DNA of 64,000 bases, from positions 2,528,001 to 2,592,000 of the forward strand of contig OZ242195.1 of assembly GCA_965205975.1 (NCBI GenBank), read 5' to 3'. The notes below the pieces were generated by a model that saw nothing but the letters and a program-made list of their open reading frames with translations, was not told the DNA's origin and made no database searches. The position numbers and the translations under genes are program-made. Of the stretch, positions 29,945-40,397 are shown piece after piece; the first letter of the stretch is position 1, and each line of letters starts with the position of its first letter. Source of the DNA: Candidatus Latescibacterota bacterium. GTDB taxonomy: Bacteria > Latescibacterota > UBA2968.

Positions 29945-29987
29945 GCCCCTATATTTAATAGCTTTCGATTTTTTTTAAGGAGCGGAC

Positions 29988-30428
29988 ATGGATATTAATC
30001 CCTGGACAGTGAGAAATGCGAAAGAAGAAGAGGAGGTAGAAGAAGTGGATGGCAACGCCGAGGCATCCGAAGAGACTGAAGACGCTGAAGAAGTAGAGGA
30101 AGTGGATGAGGAAGTAGCTCTGATGGATATTAACGCTGGGGCAGTGGCGGAGGGGGTAGATCGGCTCGTTGAAGCAATCAATAACGCCATTGCAACCATT
30201 GAAGATTTGCGTCGTGAAAATGCCGAATTGAAGCAACAGAGTCAGGCATTGCAGTCAGATATATCGCGCCTTGAAGAAGAGCGAGTGGCTCTGCGTAGCG
30301 AGCGGGACCGACTGCAAGACATTTACGACGACAATGTGCTTCTAATAGACAATAAGGCGGAAATCCTGGATAAGGTCGAGGCGATGTTGCAGCGCCTCAA
30401 TTCTTTAAACCCCGAAAAAAATGAGTGA
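29988..30428 (+). CDS. ZapB-like coiled-coil protein with acidic N-terminal extension
   Basis: heptad coiled coil (I..LRRENAELK); directly upstream of zapA; AAGGAG SD. Confidence 0.7.
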   Translation: MDINPWTVRNAKEEEEVEEVDGNAEASEETEDAEEVEEVDEEVALMDINAGAVAEGVDRLVEAINNAIATIEDLRRENAELKQQSQALQSDISRLEEERVALRSERDRLQDIYDDNVLLIDNKAEILDKVEAMLQRLNSLNPEKNE

Positions 30429-30706
30429 TGTCTGTTTTGTCCGACGTGCGCGTTCAGATATTTGGCTCAGAATATCGCATTGCCAGTGAAACTGATCCCG
30501 AACACATTCGCAAGGTGGCGAGTTACATCGATCAGAAAATGCGAGAAATAGCCAGTGCCCTTGCACTCCGCACCAGATCAACAGTAGCTGTATTGACGGC
30601 TGTGAATTTGGCTGATGAGCTTTTTAAGATTGAGGAAGAAGATCGCCGAGTTGATCGGCTTTCACGCGAGAAAGCCGATCAACTCGCAGACTCAGTCAAC
30701 CTTTAA
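30425..30706 (+). CDS. zapA: cell division protein ZapA
   Basis: V.IFG.EY.I......HI..VA.YID.KM.EI.........AVL.A.NLADE. Confidence 0.93.
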   Translation: MMSVLSDVRVQIFGSEYRIASETDPEHIRKVASYIDQKMREIASALALRTRSTVAVLTAVNLADELFKIEEEDRRVDRLSREKADQLADSVNL

Positions 30707-30826
30707 CTCACGAGCGGAAGTGAGTAAATCGCACAATGCGAGTGTGAGACAAGCTATCTCACGGGATTGTGAACCCCGCCGCGTTTGTCCTTAATAGTGA
30801 GCACAAGCGCAGTGGGGATTTCTTTT
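30706..30826 (+). other. structured zapA-rny intergenic region (three hairpins; last one terminator-like)
   Basis: ACTCAC/GTGAGT; CACAAT..GTGAGA/TCTCAC..ATTGTG; CCCCGCCGCGTTTGT/ACAAGCGCAGTGGGG followed by ATTTCTTTT. Confidence 0.45.
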
Positions 30827-30841
30827 ACAATGGAGAAAGTC

Positions 30842-32404
30842 ATGGAAATCGTATCTGTGATTGTCCTATCTACCGGGCTGTTGGTGCTGGGATTTGTTGT
30901 GGGATGGCTGATGTGCAGTAAAATTGCTCACAAGAGATTTTATCGCACCGATGCCACAATCGAACAAATTTTGGAAGATGCTCGAAGAGAGGCAGAAACT
31001 GAAAAACGCACCGCGCTTTTAGAAGCTAAAGATCAGATTTATCACGAGCGCGTACAAGCCGAAAAAACACTGGAAGACCGCAACAGTGAAGTGGAACGCA
31101 AAGAAGAAGAGTTAGATCGCATGTCAAACGAGCTAAATCGGCGTGCAGATCTGCTCAACCACAAAGCTGGACAAATGGAAGAATTGGAACAAAAATTGGT
31201 ACAACAGCAAGACGAACTATCCGTAAAAGAGCTGGAATTGGAAGCGATTTTAGAGGCTCAAAATACGCGATTAGAACGCATTGCGGCCCTGACGCGCCAT
31301 CAGGCCAAACGCGAATTGATGGAAAATTTGGAGGCCGAAGCCCAGCGCGAAGTCGCCTGGCGCTTAAAAGAAATTCGGGAAGACGCACAAGCGCGGGCCA
31401 GTGATGAAGCGCGAGAGATTATCGCAAGCGCGATTCAGAGATTGGCAGTCGATTACACGGTAGAATCAACGGTAACAGTTGTCGAGTTGCCAGCCGATGA
31501 AATGAAAGGCCGAATAATCGGGCGCGAAGGGCGCAATATTCGATCTTTTGAGATGTGTACTGGCGTAGATGTGATTGTTGATGATACCCCCAAAGCCGTG
31601 GTGCTGTCCGGGTTTGATCCCATTCGCCGCGCAATTGCCAAGACGGCTTTGGAGGACCTTGTAATGGATGGACGCATTCATCCGGGTCGAATCGAAGAAG
31701 TGGTCAAAAAATCGCGAGAAAATATGCACGAATTGATTCGACAAGCGGGTGAAGAGGCCATCTTTGACATGGGAGTGCCCGGCCTGCACGACCGTCTGAT
31801 CGAATGTCTTGGGCGATTAAAATTCCGGACGAGCTATGGACAAAATATGTTAAACCACAGCAAAGAGGTCGCTTTTTTAGCCGGGATGATGGCCACTCAT
31901 TTGGGGCTGGATGCACAACTTGCCAAACGCGCCGGTTTGCTGCATGATATCGGCCAGGGAATCAGCCACGAATTTGAAGGTACACCTGGACAAAATGGTG
32001 CTGATATGGCAAAAAAATACAACGAGGATGATGAAGTGATCAACGCAATTGAAGCCCATCACGGCGAGGCTGACCCGATCTCGCCAATTGCAGTGCTGGT
32101 CGATGCCGCAGACGCCATTTCGAGGGTTCGTCCAGGCGCGAGGCGCGAGGTGCTGGAAAACTATGTGCGCCGATTGGAACATCTGGAGCAAACCGCTCGA
32201 GAAATAGAGGGAGTAGATGCGGTTTACGCTATTCAAGCAGGTCAGGAGATTCGGGTAGTCGCCAACTATGGATTAATCAGCGATGAAGACACCGAGCGAC
32301 TATCTGCACAAATTGCCGAACGGCTGGAAAAAACGATGACGTATCCGGGGCATATAAAAGTGACCGTGATTCGCGAGGTGCGCGCCGTTAATTTTGCGCG
32401 ATAA
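30842..32404 (+). CDS. rny: ribonuclease Y
   Basis: N-terminal TM, coiled coil, KH (KGRIIGREGRNIR), HD (RTSYGQN..LLHDIG). Confidence 0.97.
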   Translation: MEIVSVIVLSTGLLVLGFVVGWLMCSKIAHKRFYRTDATIEQILEDARREAETEKRTALLEAKDQIYHERVQAEKTLEDRNSEVERKEEELDRMSNELNRRADLLNHKAGQMEELEQKLVQQQDELSVKELELEAILEAQNTRLERIAALTRHQAKRELMENLEAEAQREVAWRLKEIREDAQARASDEAREIIASAIQRLAVDYTVESTVTVVELPADEMKGRIIGREGRNIRSFEMCTGVDVIVDDTPKAVVLSGFDPIRRAIAKTALEDLVMDGRIHPGRIEEVVKKSRENMHELIRQAGEEAIFDMGVPGLHDRLIECLGRLKFRTSYGQNMLNHSKEVAFLAGMMATHLGLDAQLAKRAGLLHDIGQGISHEFEGTPGQNGADMAKKYNEDDEVINAIEAHHGEADPISPIAVLVDAADAISRVRPGARREVLENYVRRLEHLEQTAREIEGVDAVYAIQAGQEIRVVANYGLISDEDTERLSAQIAERLEKTMTYPGHIKVTVIREVRAVNFAR

Positions 32405-32413
32405 AAATAGCGG

Positions 32414-33205
32414 ATGAAAATTTTATTTGTAGGCGATGTTTATGGCAAGCCCGGACGACGGGCCGCCGCACATTTGATTCCTCAACTGATCGCACAGCAC
32501 GCCATTGATTTCTGCGTTGTCAATGGCGAAAATTCTGCTGGCGGTTTTGGTATTACCGCAAAAATCGGACAAAAATTTCACACTTACGGTGCCGATGTAA
32601 TTACCATGGGCGATCACGTCTGGGACCAGAAAGATTCGGTTGATTATATCCAAAAAGGCGACCGGATTTTGCGTGCAGCCAACTTCCCCAAAGAGGTTGG
32701 AGGTATTGGTGCAGCGGTTTTTTCAGCGCGCAATGGAACATCGGTTGCAGTGCTCAGCCTGCTTGGGCGAACATATATGAAAATGGCGCTGGACTGTCCC
32801 TTTAGAACAGGGCAATGCGCCGTGGAAAAATTACAGAAGAAAACGCCCATTATTCTCATCGACTTCCACGCCGAAGCGACCTCGGAAAAAATTGCTTTGG
32901 GGCACTATATGGACGGCAAAGTCAGCGCAGTTTTGGGCACGCATACCCATGTTCAAACAGCCGATAATGAGATTTTGCCCGGCGGAACCGCGTATATGAC
33001 AGATGTCGGCATGACAGGGCCTCACGATTCGGTTATTGGCGCTAAAAAAGACCCTGCAATTTGCCGATTTATAAACCAGATGCCCGTGCGTTTTGAGCCA
33101 GCTACAGGCGATATAAAACTCTGCGGAGCGCTCATCGATGTAGATGAACGCTCTGGGCGTGCACAACACATCGAGCGACTACGCCTCAATTTAGAGGAGG
33201 GATAA
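32414..33205 (+). CDS. ymdB: YmdB-like metallophosphoesterase (TIGR00282)
   Basis: GD.YG.PG, NGEN, DFHAEATSEK, GTHTHV, TDVGMTG. Confidence 0.93.
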   Translation: MKILFVGDVYGKPGRRAAAHLIPQLIAQHAIDFCVVNGENSAGGFGITAKIGQKFHTYGADVITMGDHVWDQKDSVDYIQKGDRILRAANFPKEVGGIGAAVFSARNGTSVAVLSLLGRTYMKMALDCPFRTGQCAVEKLQKKTPIILIDFHAEATSEKIALGHYMDGKVSAVLGTHTHVQTADNEILPGGTAYMTDVGMTGPHDSVIGAKKDPAICRFINQMPVRFEPATGDIKLCGALIDVDERSGRAQHIERLRLNLEEG

Positions 33206-33206
33206 G

Positions 33207-34397
33207 GTGGAACACCCGCTTTCCGTATCGGACGTCACACAAGCGGTCAAGCAAACCCTTGAAATGCAATTTCCGCCCATGTGGGTCGTCGGTGAGTTGA
33301 CCTCCTTTTCTCAGCCTTCATCTGGACACCGGTATTTCACGCTCTCAGACCCTCACAGCCAATTGCGCTGTGTGATGTGGCGCTCGCGTCCCATAACCGG
33401 ATTTCGTCCCACAGCGGGAATGGCCGTGTTGGCACAGGGACAGTTGACGGTATATGAACGGCGGGGCGAATATCAGTTCAATGTATCACAGCTATTTCCC
33501 GCAGGGGTGGGACAACAGCTAATCGCCTATGAAAAACTGAAAAAAAAATTATCAGAAGAAGGCTTTTTTGACGACGATCGAAAACGACTCCTGCCCAAAT
33601 ATCCGAGAGCCATTGGGGTTGTGACTTCGCAGACAGGTGCTGCTTTTCAAGATATTTTGGATGTATTAAAACGGCGGTTTCCCTCTGTTCGCATTGTTTT
33701 GCGTCCCGTGCTGGTACAGGGATTAGACGCGCCAGAAGATATTGCACAAGGCATTGCCGATCTCAATGACTTTGGCAAAGTAGATGTATTGATTGTCGGA
33801 CGAGGCGGCGGCTCAGCTGAGGATTTGGCAGCATTTAACGACGAGGAGGTCGTGCGGGCAATTGCGGATTCTGAGATTCCAGTTATTTCAGCCGTAGGAC
33901 ACGAGATCGACATCTCCTTATCGGATCTAACGGCTGACGTGCGCGCACCAACTCCTTCTGCTGCTGCAGAAATTGCCGTACGCGATGTTTTAGAAGTGCG
34001 CGAACAAGTCGGGCGGCTCACACTTCGCACGCGGGAGTTCATGCAGCAGTTGTTAGACGAGAATGAAGACCAGCTAAAAGCGTATGAAAGCAGTTATGGC
34101 ATGCGGCGGTTGTCCGATTTGATCTTTCAAAACGCGCAACACGTCGATGAATTAAACCGCGATTTATATGCGCTCCTGCGGCGGCTATTTGAAAGCCGAT
34201 TAGCCGACTATCACCGCATGACCGGCAAATTGGGATCGCTTAGTCCGTTGTCAGTACTCGAGCGGGGATTTGGCCTCGTACAACGCGAAGACGGTTCGGT
34301 CGTATCTGATGCAGGAATTTTGACACCCCGTGAACATCTACACATTCGGTTTGCAAAGGGTGAGGCAACCTGTAGGGTAGAAAAGATAAAAAGGTAA
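33207..34397 (+). CDS. xseA: exodeoxyribonuclease VII large subunit
   Basis: SGH.YF.L.D, RGGGS.EDL..FN.E, SAVGHE.D, APTPSAAAE. Confidence 0.97.
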   Translation: MEHPLSVSDVTQAVKQTLEMQFPPMWVVGELTSFSQPSSGHRYFTLSDPHSQLRCVMWRSRPITGFRPTAGMAVLAQGQLTVYERRGEYQFNVSQLFPAGVGQQLIAYEKLKKKLSEEGFFDDDRKRLLPKYPRAIGVVTSQTGAAFQDILDVLKRRFPSVRIVLRPVLVQGLDAPEDIAQGIADLNDFGKVDVLIVGRGGGSAEDLAAFNDEEVVRAIADSEIPVISAVGHEIDISLSDLTADVRAPTPSAAAEIAVRDVLEVREQVGRLTLRTREFMQQLLDENEDQLKAYESSYGMRRLSDLIFQNAQHVDELNRDLYALLRRLFESRLADYHRMTGKLGSLSPLSVLERGFGLVQREDGSVVSDAGILTPREHLHIRFAKGEATCRVEKIKR

Positions 34398-34402
34398 CGT
34401 CA

Positions 34403-34663
34403 ATGCCAAAAAATAAAACAGAAGAGCCCACATTTGAAACAGCTTTGAAGCAATTAGAGACGGCTGTGGATCGTTTAGAAGAAGGTGCACTGCCCTTGTC
34501 AGAGGCACTAAAAGTGTTTGAAGAAGGTCTAAAAGCATCCAATCAATGCCGCAGTTTATTAGAAGATGCACGGCAACGGGTTGAAGTGTTGATACGCAAT
34601 AGCGATGGTGAATTTGAATTGGTATCCATAGATTCCAATGGCGAAGGATTTGCAGACAAATGA
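34403..34663 (+). CDS. xseB: exodeoxyribonuclease VII small subunit
   Basis: FE.AL..LE..V..LE.G.L.L......FEEG. Confidence 0.95.
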   Translation: MPKNKTEEPTFETALKQLETAVDRLEEGALPLSEALKVFEEGLKASNQCRSLLEDARQRVEVLIRNSDGEFELVSIDSNGEGFADK

Positions 34664-35520
34664 AGTCCATCGGTTTGTTTTCGAACCCGACCCAACCGGG
34701 CATGGGCGTTGCGGTCGATCAATTGGCCCAACGCATCCATCAAAGAGGCATTGGGGTACTGATCGCCGATAACTTGCGGCAAATTTGCACATCTGATTCC
34801 AAATGGTTTTGTCCAGTCGATCAGTTGCCCACACGCGCTGACATCATTGTGGCGATGGGCGGCGATGGCACCTTGTTGCGCGCAGCCGATGTGGTTTATC
34901 CGCACAGCACGCCGATTTTGGGCGTGAACCTGGGGCGGTTGGGGTTTTTGTCAGGCGCGGAACCCCGCGAACTGGACAATAGTCTGGATCGGTTGTTATG
35001 TGGCGATTATACTGTTGAAGAACGGATAGCACTGCACGCACAAACCCACACGCAAAAAGCATTTGCGCTCAATGAAGTTGTAATTGAACGCAGTGTCAAA
35101 GCGCGTCTGGTGCAGGTCGTAATGCTGGTTGAAGGTCGGCCAGTAAGCTCCTTTTACGGCAATGGATTAATTCTGGCAACGCCGACGGGATCCACGGGTT
35201 ACAGCCTGTCGTCTGGCGGCCCAATAGTACATCCAAATTTATCCGTGCTCGTCGCCACGCCTATATGTCCGCATTCGCTATCTCAGCGCCCAATGGTAAT
35301 GCCGGGCGATCAGTCGATAACGGTTAAGGTAATAGCTGATCAATCCGATGAAATCATGCTATCCACAGATGGACGCACTGTGTGTTCGCTTTCCCCTGAA
35401 GAACCCGTTACAGTACAACGAGCCTCCGAACCCGTGCGCTTTATCAATATGCAGGGGTTGACCTTTTACGATTTGTTGCAGCGCAAATTAGACTGGAGTC
35501 TGGATCGGCGAGACGAGTAA
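34660..35520 (+). CDS. nadK: NAD kinase
   Basis: GGDGT, G.N.G.LGFL, ALNE, TPTGSTGYSLS.GGP. Confidence 0.96.
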   Translation: MKSIGLFSNPTQPGMGVAVDQLAQRIHQRGIGVLIADNLRQICTSDSKWFCPVDQLPTRADIIVAMGGDGTLLRAADVVYPHSTPILGVNLGRLGFLSGAEPRELDNSLDRLLCGDYTVEERIALHAQTHTQKAFALNEVVIERSVKARLVQVVMLVEGRPVSSFYGNGLILATPTGSTGYSLSSGGPIVHPNLSVLVATPICPHSLSQRPMVMPGDQSITVKVIADQSDEIMLSTDGRTVCSLSPEEPVTVQRASEPVRFINMQGLTFYDLLQRKLDWSLDRRDE

Positions 35521-35532
35521 AGGAGTTGCCCC

Positions 35533-37236
35533 TTGTTGTCTCAATTGCATGTGATAAATTATGCCCTGATCGACGACATGGAAGTCGAGTTTGGTAAAGG
35601 GTTAAATATCATTACAGGTGAAACCGGCGCTGGTAAGTCCATTCTGGTCGGGGCATTGGGCCTGATACTGGGTATGCGAGCGAGCCCCGATGTGATCCGC
35701 ACAGGCGCAAAAAAATGCACAGTAGAAACCATTTTTGAACTCTATCTTCAACACCCGGCGCTCAAACTCCTGAATGACATGGGCATTGAGACAGAAGATG
35801 GTGAGCTGATTTTGCGGCGGGATGTACTATTAGAAGGGCGCAGTCGGTGCTACGCCAATGGCCTGTCCATTCCCGTGCGTACACTTCGAGAATTGGGCCG
35901 TGCGCTGGTCGATTTGCACGGTCAACACGACCATCAATCGCTTCTAAATATCGATCAGCACCTGGACTTTTTGGACGGCTTTGGCGGCTTGCAAACAGCA
36001 CGCACACAGGTCGAAAAATCATATCATCAAGTGATGCAATTACAAAATCGGCTGATCGAAAAAACTGCCGTTGCCCAGCGCCAGCGAGAAAGGCGCGAAC
36101 TGTTGAATTTTCAGATCAAAGAAATCCATGCGGCAAAACCAGATCCCGGTGAAGACGAACGCCTACAACGCGAACAGTCCGTGCTTTTGCATGCTGAACG
36201 ACTACTCGAGATCGCCTATCAGATCGAACAGGTGCTTTATGAAGGTGAACAATCCGTGGCCGATCAACTCGGCGAAGGCGCGCACCTCCTGAATGAAGCC
36301 GCACAAATGGACAGCAGTTTGGAGTCGATAGCCGAAGAACTCAATGGTCTGAGGTACGGTGCAGAGGAACTGGCCCGCGCCTTTGGCGATTATGCCAATC
36401 GCGTAGAACACAATCCTCAACGCCTATCAGAAGTAACAGAGCGATTAGAAACGCTGAACGCGCTGAAAAAAAAATACGGCGGCGATCTGGCAAGTGTGCT
36501 TTCCTATGAAAAAAAAGCCCAAAAAGAACTGGAATTGACCGACGAACTCGAAGTATCTATAAAAAAAATCCAAATTAAAATTGACGATGCGATACAGAAT
36601 TTCGCACATTGTTGTGAGAAATTGTCAAAAGGAAGACACAAAGCCGCTGGCAAATTGTCAAAAGCGATATGCCGCGCATTGCGCGAACTGGGCATGCCCG
36701 ATGTGCAATTTGACGTCCAATTGGATCGGCGGCCAGATCCCGAAGGCCTGATTGAATGCGATGGTCAGCGATTTGAAGCGGGACCACAAGGCATAGAGCG
36801 CGGCGAATTTTTTATTTCGACCAACCCGGGCGAAGCCATCCGTCCGCTGGTAAAAGTAGCGTCGGGCGGTGAAATTTCACGTATTATGCTCGCGATGAAA
36901 ACCGTGCTGGCGCATACCGATTCGGTGCAGGTGTTAATTTTTGACGAAATCGACATCGGAATTTCTGGACGCATTGCAGAGGTTGTAGGCAAAAAATTGC
37001 GCGACCTATCAGAAACGTATCAAACCATTTCAATTACGCATTTGCCACAAATTGCAAAAATGGCTGATCGGCATTTTTCAGTCAGAAAAGAAGTGGTTGA
37101 TCAGCGTGCAGTAACCCGCGTAATTCCGCTAAACGAAGAGACACGCGCCGACGAACTCGCTTTGATGATGGGTGGTGAAGAGATTTCTGAACTGACCATG
37201 CAACACGCCCGCGAGATGCTGGCTGAAAAGCCATAA
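35533..37236 (+). CDS. recN: DNA repair protein RecN
   Basis: TGETGAGKS, HGQH, ASGGE.SR, FDEID.G.SG, ITHLPQ. Confidence 0.97.
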   Translation: MLSQLHVINYALIDDMEVEFGKGLNIITGETGAGKSILVGALGLILGMRASPDVIRTGAKKCTVETIFELYLQHPALKLLNDMGIETEDGELILRRDVLLEGRSRCYANGLSIPVRTLRELGRALVDLHGQHDHQSLLNIDQHLDFLDGFGGLQTARTQVEKSYHQVMQLQNRLIEKTAVAQRQRERRELLNFQIKEIHAAKPDPGEDERLQREQSVLLHAERLLEIAYQIEQVLYEGEQSVADQLGEGAHLLNEAAQMDSSLESIAEELNGLRYGAEELARAFGDYANRVEHNPQRLSEVTERLETLNALKKKYGGDLASVLSYEKKAQKELELTDELEVSIKKIQIKIDDAIQNFAHCCEKLSKGRHKAAGKLSKAICRALRELGMPDVQFDVQLDRRPDPEGLIECDGQRFEAGPQGIERGEFFISTNPGEAIRPLVKVASGGEISRIMLAMKTVLAHTDSVQVLIFDEIDIGISGRIAEVVGKKLRDLSETYQTISITHLPQIAKMADRHFSVRKEVVDQRAVTRVIPLNEETRADELALMMGGEEISELTMQHAREMLAEKP

Positions 37237-37256
37237 TAAAGAATGAGGAGCATAGT

Positions 37257-38405
37257 GTGAGACCGATAATTCCCGACGATCTCCGAGACATCGAAGAAAA
37301 AGTAAACCTGGGGCAACGACTTTCTGCCGAAGATGGCATGCGGCTTTACGAGACGCCCGACCTCAATGCCGTAGGATATTTGGCCAATATCTCGCGCGAA
37401 CGCCTGTGCGGCAATGTGGCGTGGTACGTGCGGAACCAGCACATCAACTATACCAACGTCTGCAACAAACTGTGCCGATTTTGCTCTTTTTATGTAAAAC
37501 CAAAAGACGAGCGGGGCTATGTATTATCGCCCGAAGATATTCAAAAGCGCGTATTGGAATACATCGACCTGCCCATTTCTGAAATCCACATGGTCGCGGG
37601 CATCAATCCCAAACTTCCCTATTCGTATTATCTCGATATCGTGCGCGCTGTCAAAGATATGCGCCCCGATGTCGCGGTAAAAGCATTTACCGCAATCGAA
37701 TGGGTGCAAATTGCGCGTATTGCAAAAAAGCCACTAAAGGATGTCATGACCGAATTAAAAGCGGCTGGCGTATCGTCCATTCCCGGCGGGGGCGCAGAAG
37801 TATTTAGCGATCGCGTCCAGGAAGATTTATTCTGGACCAAAGCGGATTCCGAAGAATGGCTCGAAGTGGCGCGCACGGCACATGAAGTCGGCCTGCCTAC
37901 CAATGCGACAATGCTGTATGGTCATATCGAAAACCCAAAAGAACGCATCGATCATCTCGTGCGATTGCGCGAATTACAGGACGAAACCGGCGGTTTTTTG
38001 ACGTATATCCCCCTGTCATTTCATCCCGAACGCACAGAATTAGAGCATTTACCCGGCCCGACAGGTATCGCGGATTTAAGAGAAATTGCCGTGGGGCGAT
38101 TGATGCTGGACAACTTCCTCCACATCAAAACATTCTGGATTATGAACACCATTGAAATTTCACAGGTGGCTTTGTGGTACGGCGCAGACGATATCGACGG
38201 CACAATACAGGAATACGAAATCACGCGCCGTTCATATTCAGAGACGCGACAGGTGCTCACCCGCAAGCAACTGGTCGAACGCGTTATAGAGTCCGGACGC
38301 GATCCCGTCGAACGAGATAACCTATACAATATTTTATCGACCGAGCGAGAAATTTTAGAAGAAACACCTATAGGAATCCCGGGTGAAATACCGGTGATTT
38401 CGTAA
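37257..38405 (+). CDS. mqnE: aminofutalosine synthase (radical SAM, CofH family)
   Basis: N.HINYTNVC...C.FCSF, PGGGAE, NATMLYGH, HIK.FW, GADD.DGT. Confidence 0.88.
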   Translation: MRPIIPDDLRDIEEKVNLGQRLSAEDGMRLYETPDLNAVGYLANISRERLCGNVAWYVRNQHINYTNVCNKLCRFCSFYVKPKDERGYVLSPEDIQKRVLEYIDLPISEIHMVAGINPKLPYSYYLDIVRAVKDMRPDVAVKAFTAIEWVQIARIAKKPLKDVMTELKAAGVSSIPGGGAEVFSDRVQEDLFWTKADSEEWLEVARTAHEVGLPTNATMLYGHIENPKERIDHLVRLRELQDETGGFLTYIPLSFHPERTELEHLPGPTGIADLREIAVGRLMLDNFLHIKTFWIMNTIEISQVALWYGADDIDGTIQEYEITRRSYSETRQVLTRKQLVERVIESGRDPVERDNLYNILSTEREILEETPIGIPGEIPVIS

Positions 38406-38430
38406 ACTTCCCTATATCCCAGGATTCGAC

Positions 38431-39531
38431 ATGATCGACGACATTGTTGAAAAAGTATATAGCGACGAGCGCATTTCCACAGATGACGCCATGCGTTTGT
38501 TTGCACATCCCAATGTAACCGAATTGGGCTTGTTAGCCGATGTAGTGCGGCGGCGCAAATGGCCCGAAGACACGGTAACTTATAATATCGGGCGAAATAT
38601 CAATTACACGAACGTGTGCTGGGTAAGATGCGATTTCTGTGCATTTTATCGCCCGCCGGGATCCGACGAAGGCTATACATTGCCCAGAGAACAGATCTAT
38701 GAAAAAATTGACGAACTCATTGCCGTGGGCGGTGACGTGTCAAAAGGCAGCGAGATTTTGATGCAAGGGGGATTGAACCCAAAACTGCGCGTAGATTACT
38801 ACGAAGACCTCTTTTCCTCAATACGCAATCGCTACCCGCAAATCCATCAGCATTGTTTATCTGCCACAGAAATTATTTATATCGCGCATATCTCGCGTAT
38901 GTCACTCGAAAAATGCATTCGCTGCTTGCGCGATGCCGGTCTGGATTCTATTCCGGGAGCTGGCGCGGAAATTTTGTCGGACGAGGTGCGCGACATCATC
39001 GGCTTTCGCAAAGACCGCGTCCACGAATGGCTTGCGGTACATCGCATTGCACACGAATTGGACATGCACACATCGGCGACCATGATGTATGGACATGTCG
39101 AAACCATTGAACAGCGAATAGAACATCTGGAACACATTCGCAATTTGCAGGATGAGACGGGCGGATTCACCGCATTTATCGCGTGGAATTTTCAGCCGGA
39201 TTACACCGCCCTTGCCAACGATCAAGGGCGATGGAATGGCATAAAAGCCACCGGATTTGACTATTTGCGAACCATCGCCATCGCGCGCCTATTTTTGGAC
39301 AATATCAAAAGTTTTCAAGCATCGTGGGTCACGCAGGGCGCCAAGGTCGCGCAGGTTAGCTTAAAATACGGCGTAAATGATTTTGGCAGCACAATGATGG
39401 AAGAAAACGTAGTCAGTGCAGCGGGCACGAGCCATACGGATACCATGACACTTCAAGAGATGCAACGGCTCATTCGGGATGCGGGATACGAGCCTGTAAG
39501 GCGAAATACGCGGTACGAGATTTTGAATTAG
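38431..39531 (+). CDS. mqnC: cyclic dehypoxanthinyl futalosine synthase (radical SAM)
   Basis: RNINYTNVC...C.FCAF, QGG..P, FI.W.FQP, QASWVTQG, NDFGS.MMEENVV. Confidence 0.92.
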   Translation: MIDDIVEKVYSDERISTDDAMRLFAHPNVTELGLLADVVRRRKWPEDTVTYNIGRNINYTNVCWVRCDFCAFYRPPGSDEGYTLPREQIYEKIDELIAVGGDVSKGSEILMQGGLNPKLRVDYYEDLFSSIRNRYPQIHQHCLSATEIIYIAHISRMSLEKCIRCLRDAGLDSIPGAGAEILSDEVRDIIGFRKDRVHEWLAVHRIAHELDMHTSATMMYGHVETIEQRIEHLEHIRNLQDETGGFTAFIAWNFQPDYTALANDQGRWNGIKATGFDYLRTIAIARLFLDNIKSFQASWVTQGAKVAQVSLKYGVNDFGSTMMEENVVSAAGTSHTDTMTLQEMQRLIRDAGYEPVRRNTRYEILN

Positions 39532-39543
39532 GGGTACGTAACG

Positions 39544-40341
39544 ATGCGTGTGCGTTTGGGCGTGGTGTCATATTTAAACTCGCGGCCACTGGTTGAAGTG
39601 CTGCGCACGGGTGCGATCGATCGCGATTTTGAACTGATCTACGGCGTACCCTCGCGATGCGCCGAACGGTTGCACACGGGCGAAACCGATGTGGCCTTAA
39701 TCCCCGCTGTAGAAATTGGACGCGGACGTGATGCCTATCGGATTGTGCCCAATATCGGCATTATTTCAAACGGGCCTGTTGGCAGTGTATTTATCGTACT
39801 AAACAAAGAACCCGAAGAAATTCAAACACTGGCTCTGGATCGCGGATCGCGCACATCAGTCGTACTGGCGCAGATAGTAATGGCGCGGCAATTTGGCTGC
39901 CGACCACAGGTATTTTTTCATTCCCCAGATATAGACGCAATGCTCAAACGCGCCGATGCCGCCCTGTTGATTGGCGATCCCGCGCTGGCATTGCCCCGCA
40001 AGCACTATCGAATCCTGGATCTGGGCGAAATTTGGACGCAGATGACAGGGTTGCCTTTTGTCTATGCCTGCTGGACCGGACGCCCCGATGCATTGACGCC
40101 ATATCACATTGACAAACTGATCGAGGCCAGGGAAAAAAGCAAGTCGCTTATCCCCAGCATCGCAAAGGACTATGCCGCTGAAACCCGCACCCTATCGCCC
40201 GCATTTTATGCTGAATATCTAACCAGAAATATCCTCTACGATCTGGGCGATTCAGAACTGGAAGGCTTGAGGCGATTCTATGCTTATGGTGCAGAACTGG
40301 AATTGATGGACACAGTGCCAGATATCCGCTTTTATGTTTGA
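39544..40341 (+). CDS. mqnA: chorismate dehydratase
   Basis: V.YLN..PL, G.V.SV, SRTSV.L, LLIGD.AL, DLG..W...TGLPFVYA.W. Confidence 0.92.
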   Translation: MRVRLGVVSYLNSRPLVEVLRTGAIDRDFELIYGVPSRCAERLHTGETDVALIPAVEIGRGRDAYRIVPNIGIISNGPVGSVFIVLNKEPEEIQTLALDRGSRTSVVLAQIVMARQFGCRPQVFFHSPDIDAMLKRADAALLIGDPALALPRKHYRILDLGEIWTQMTGLPFVYACWTGRPDALTPYHIDKLIEAREKSKSLIPSIAKDYAAETRTLSPAFYAEYLTRNILYDLGDSELEGLRRFYAYGAELELMDTVPDIRFYV

Positions 40342-40397
40342 ATTTAAAAAAATCGGCGATAGGCCGGTTTTTTTTATCGAAAACTGGAGAACTTGTA

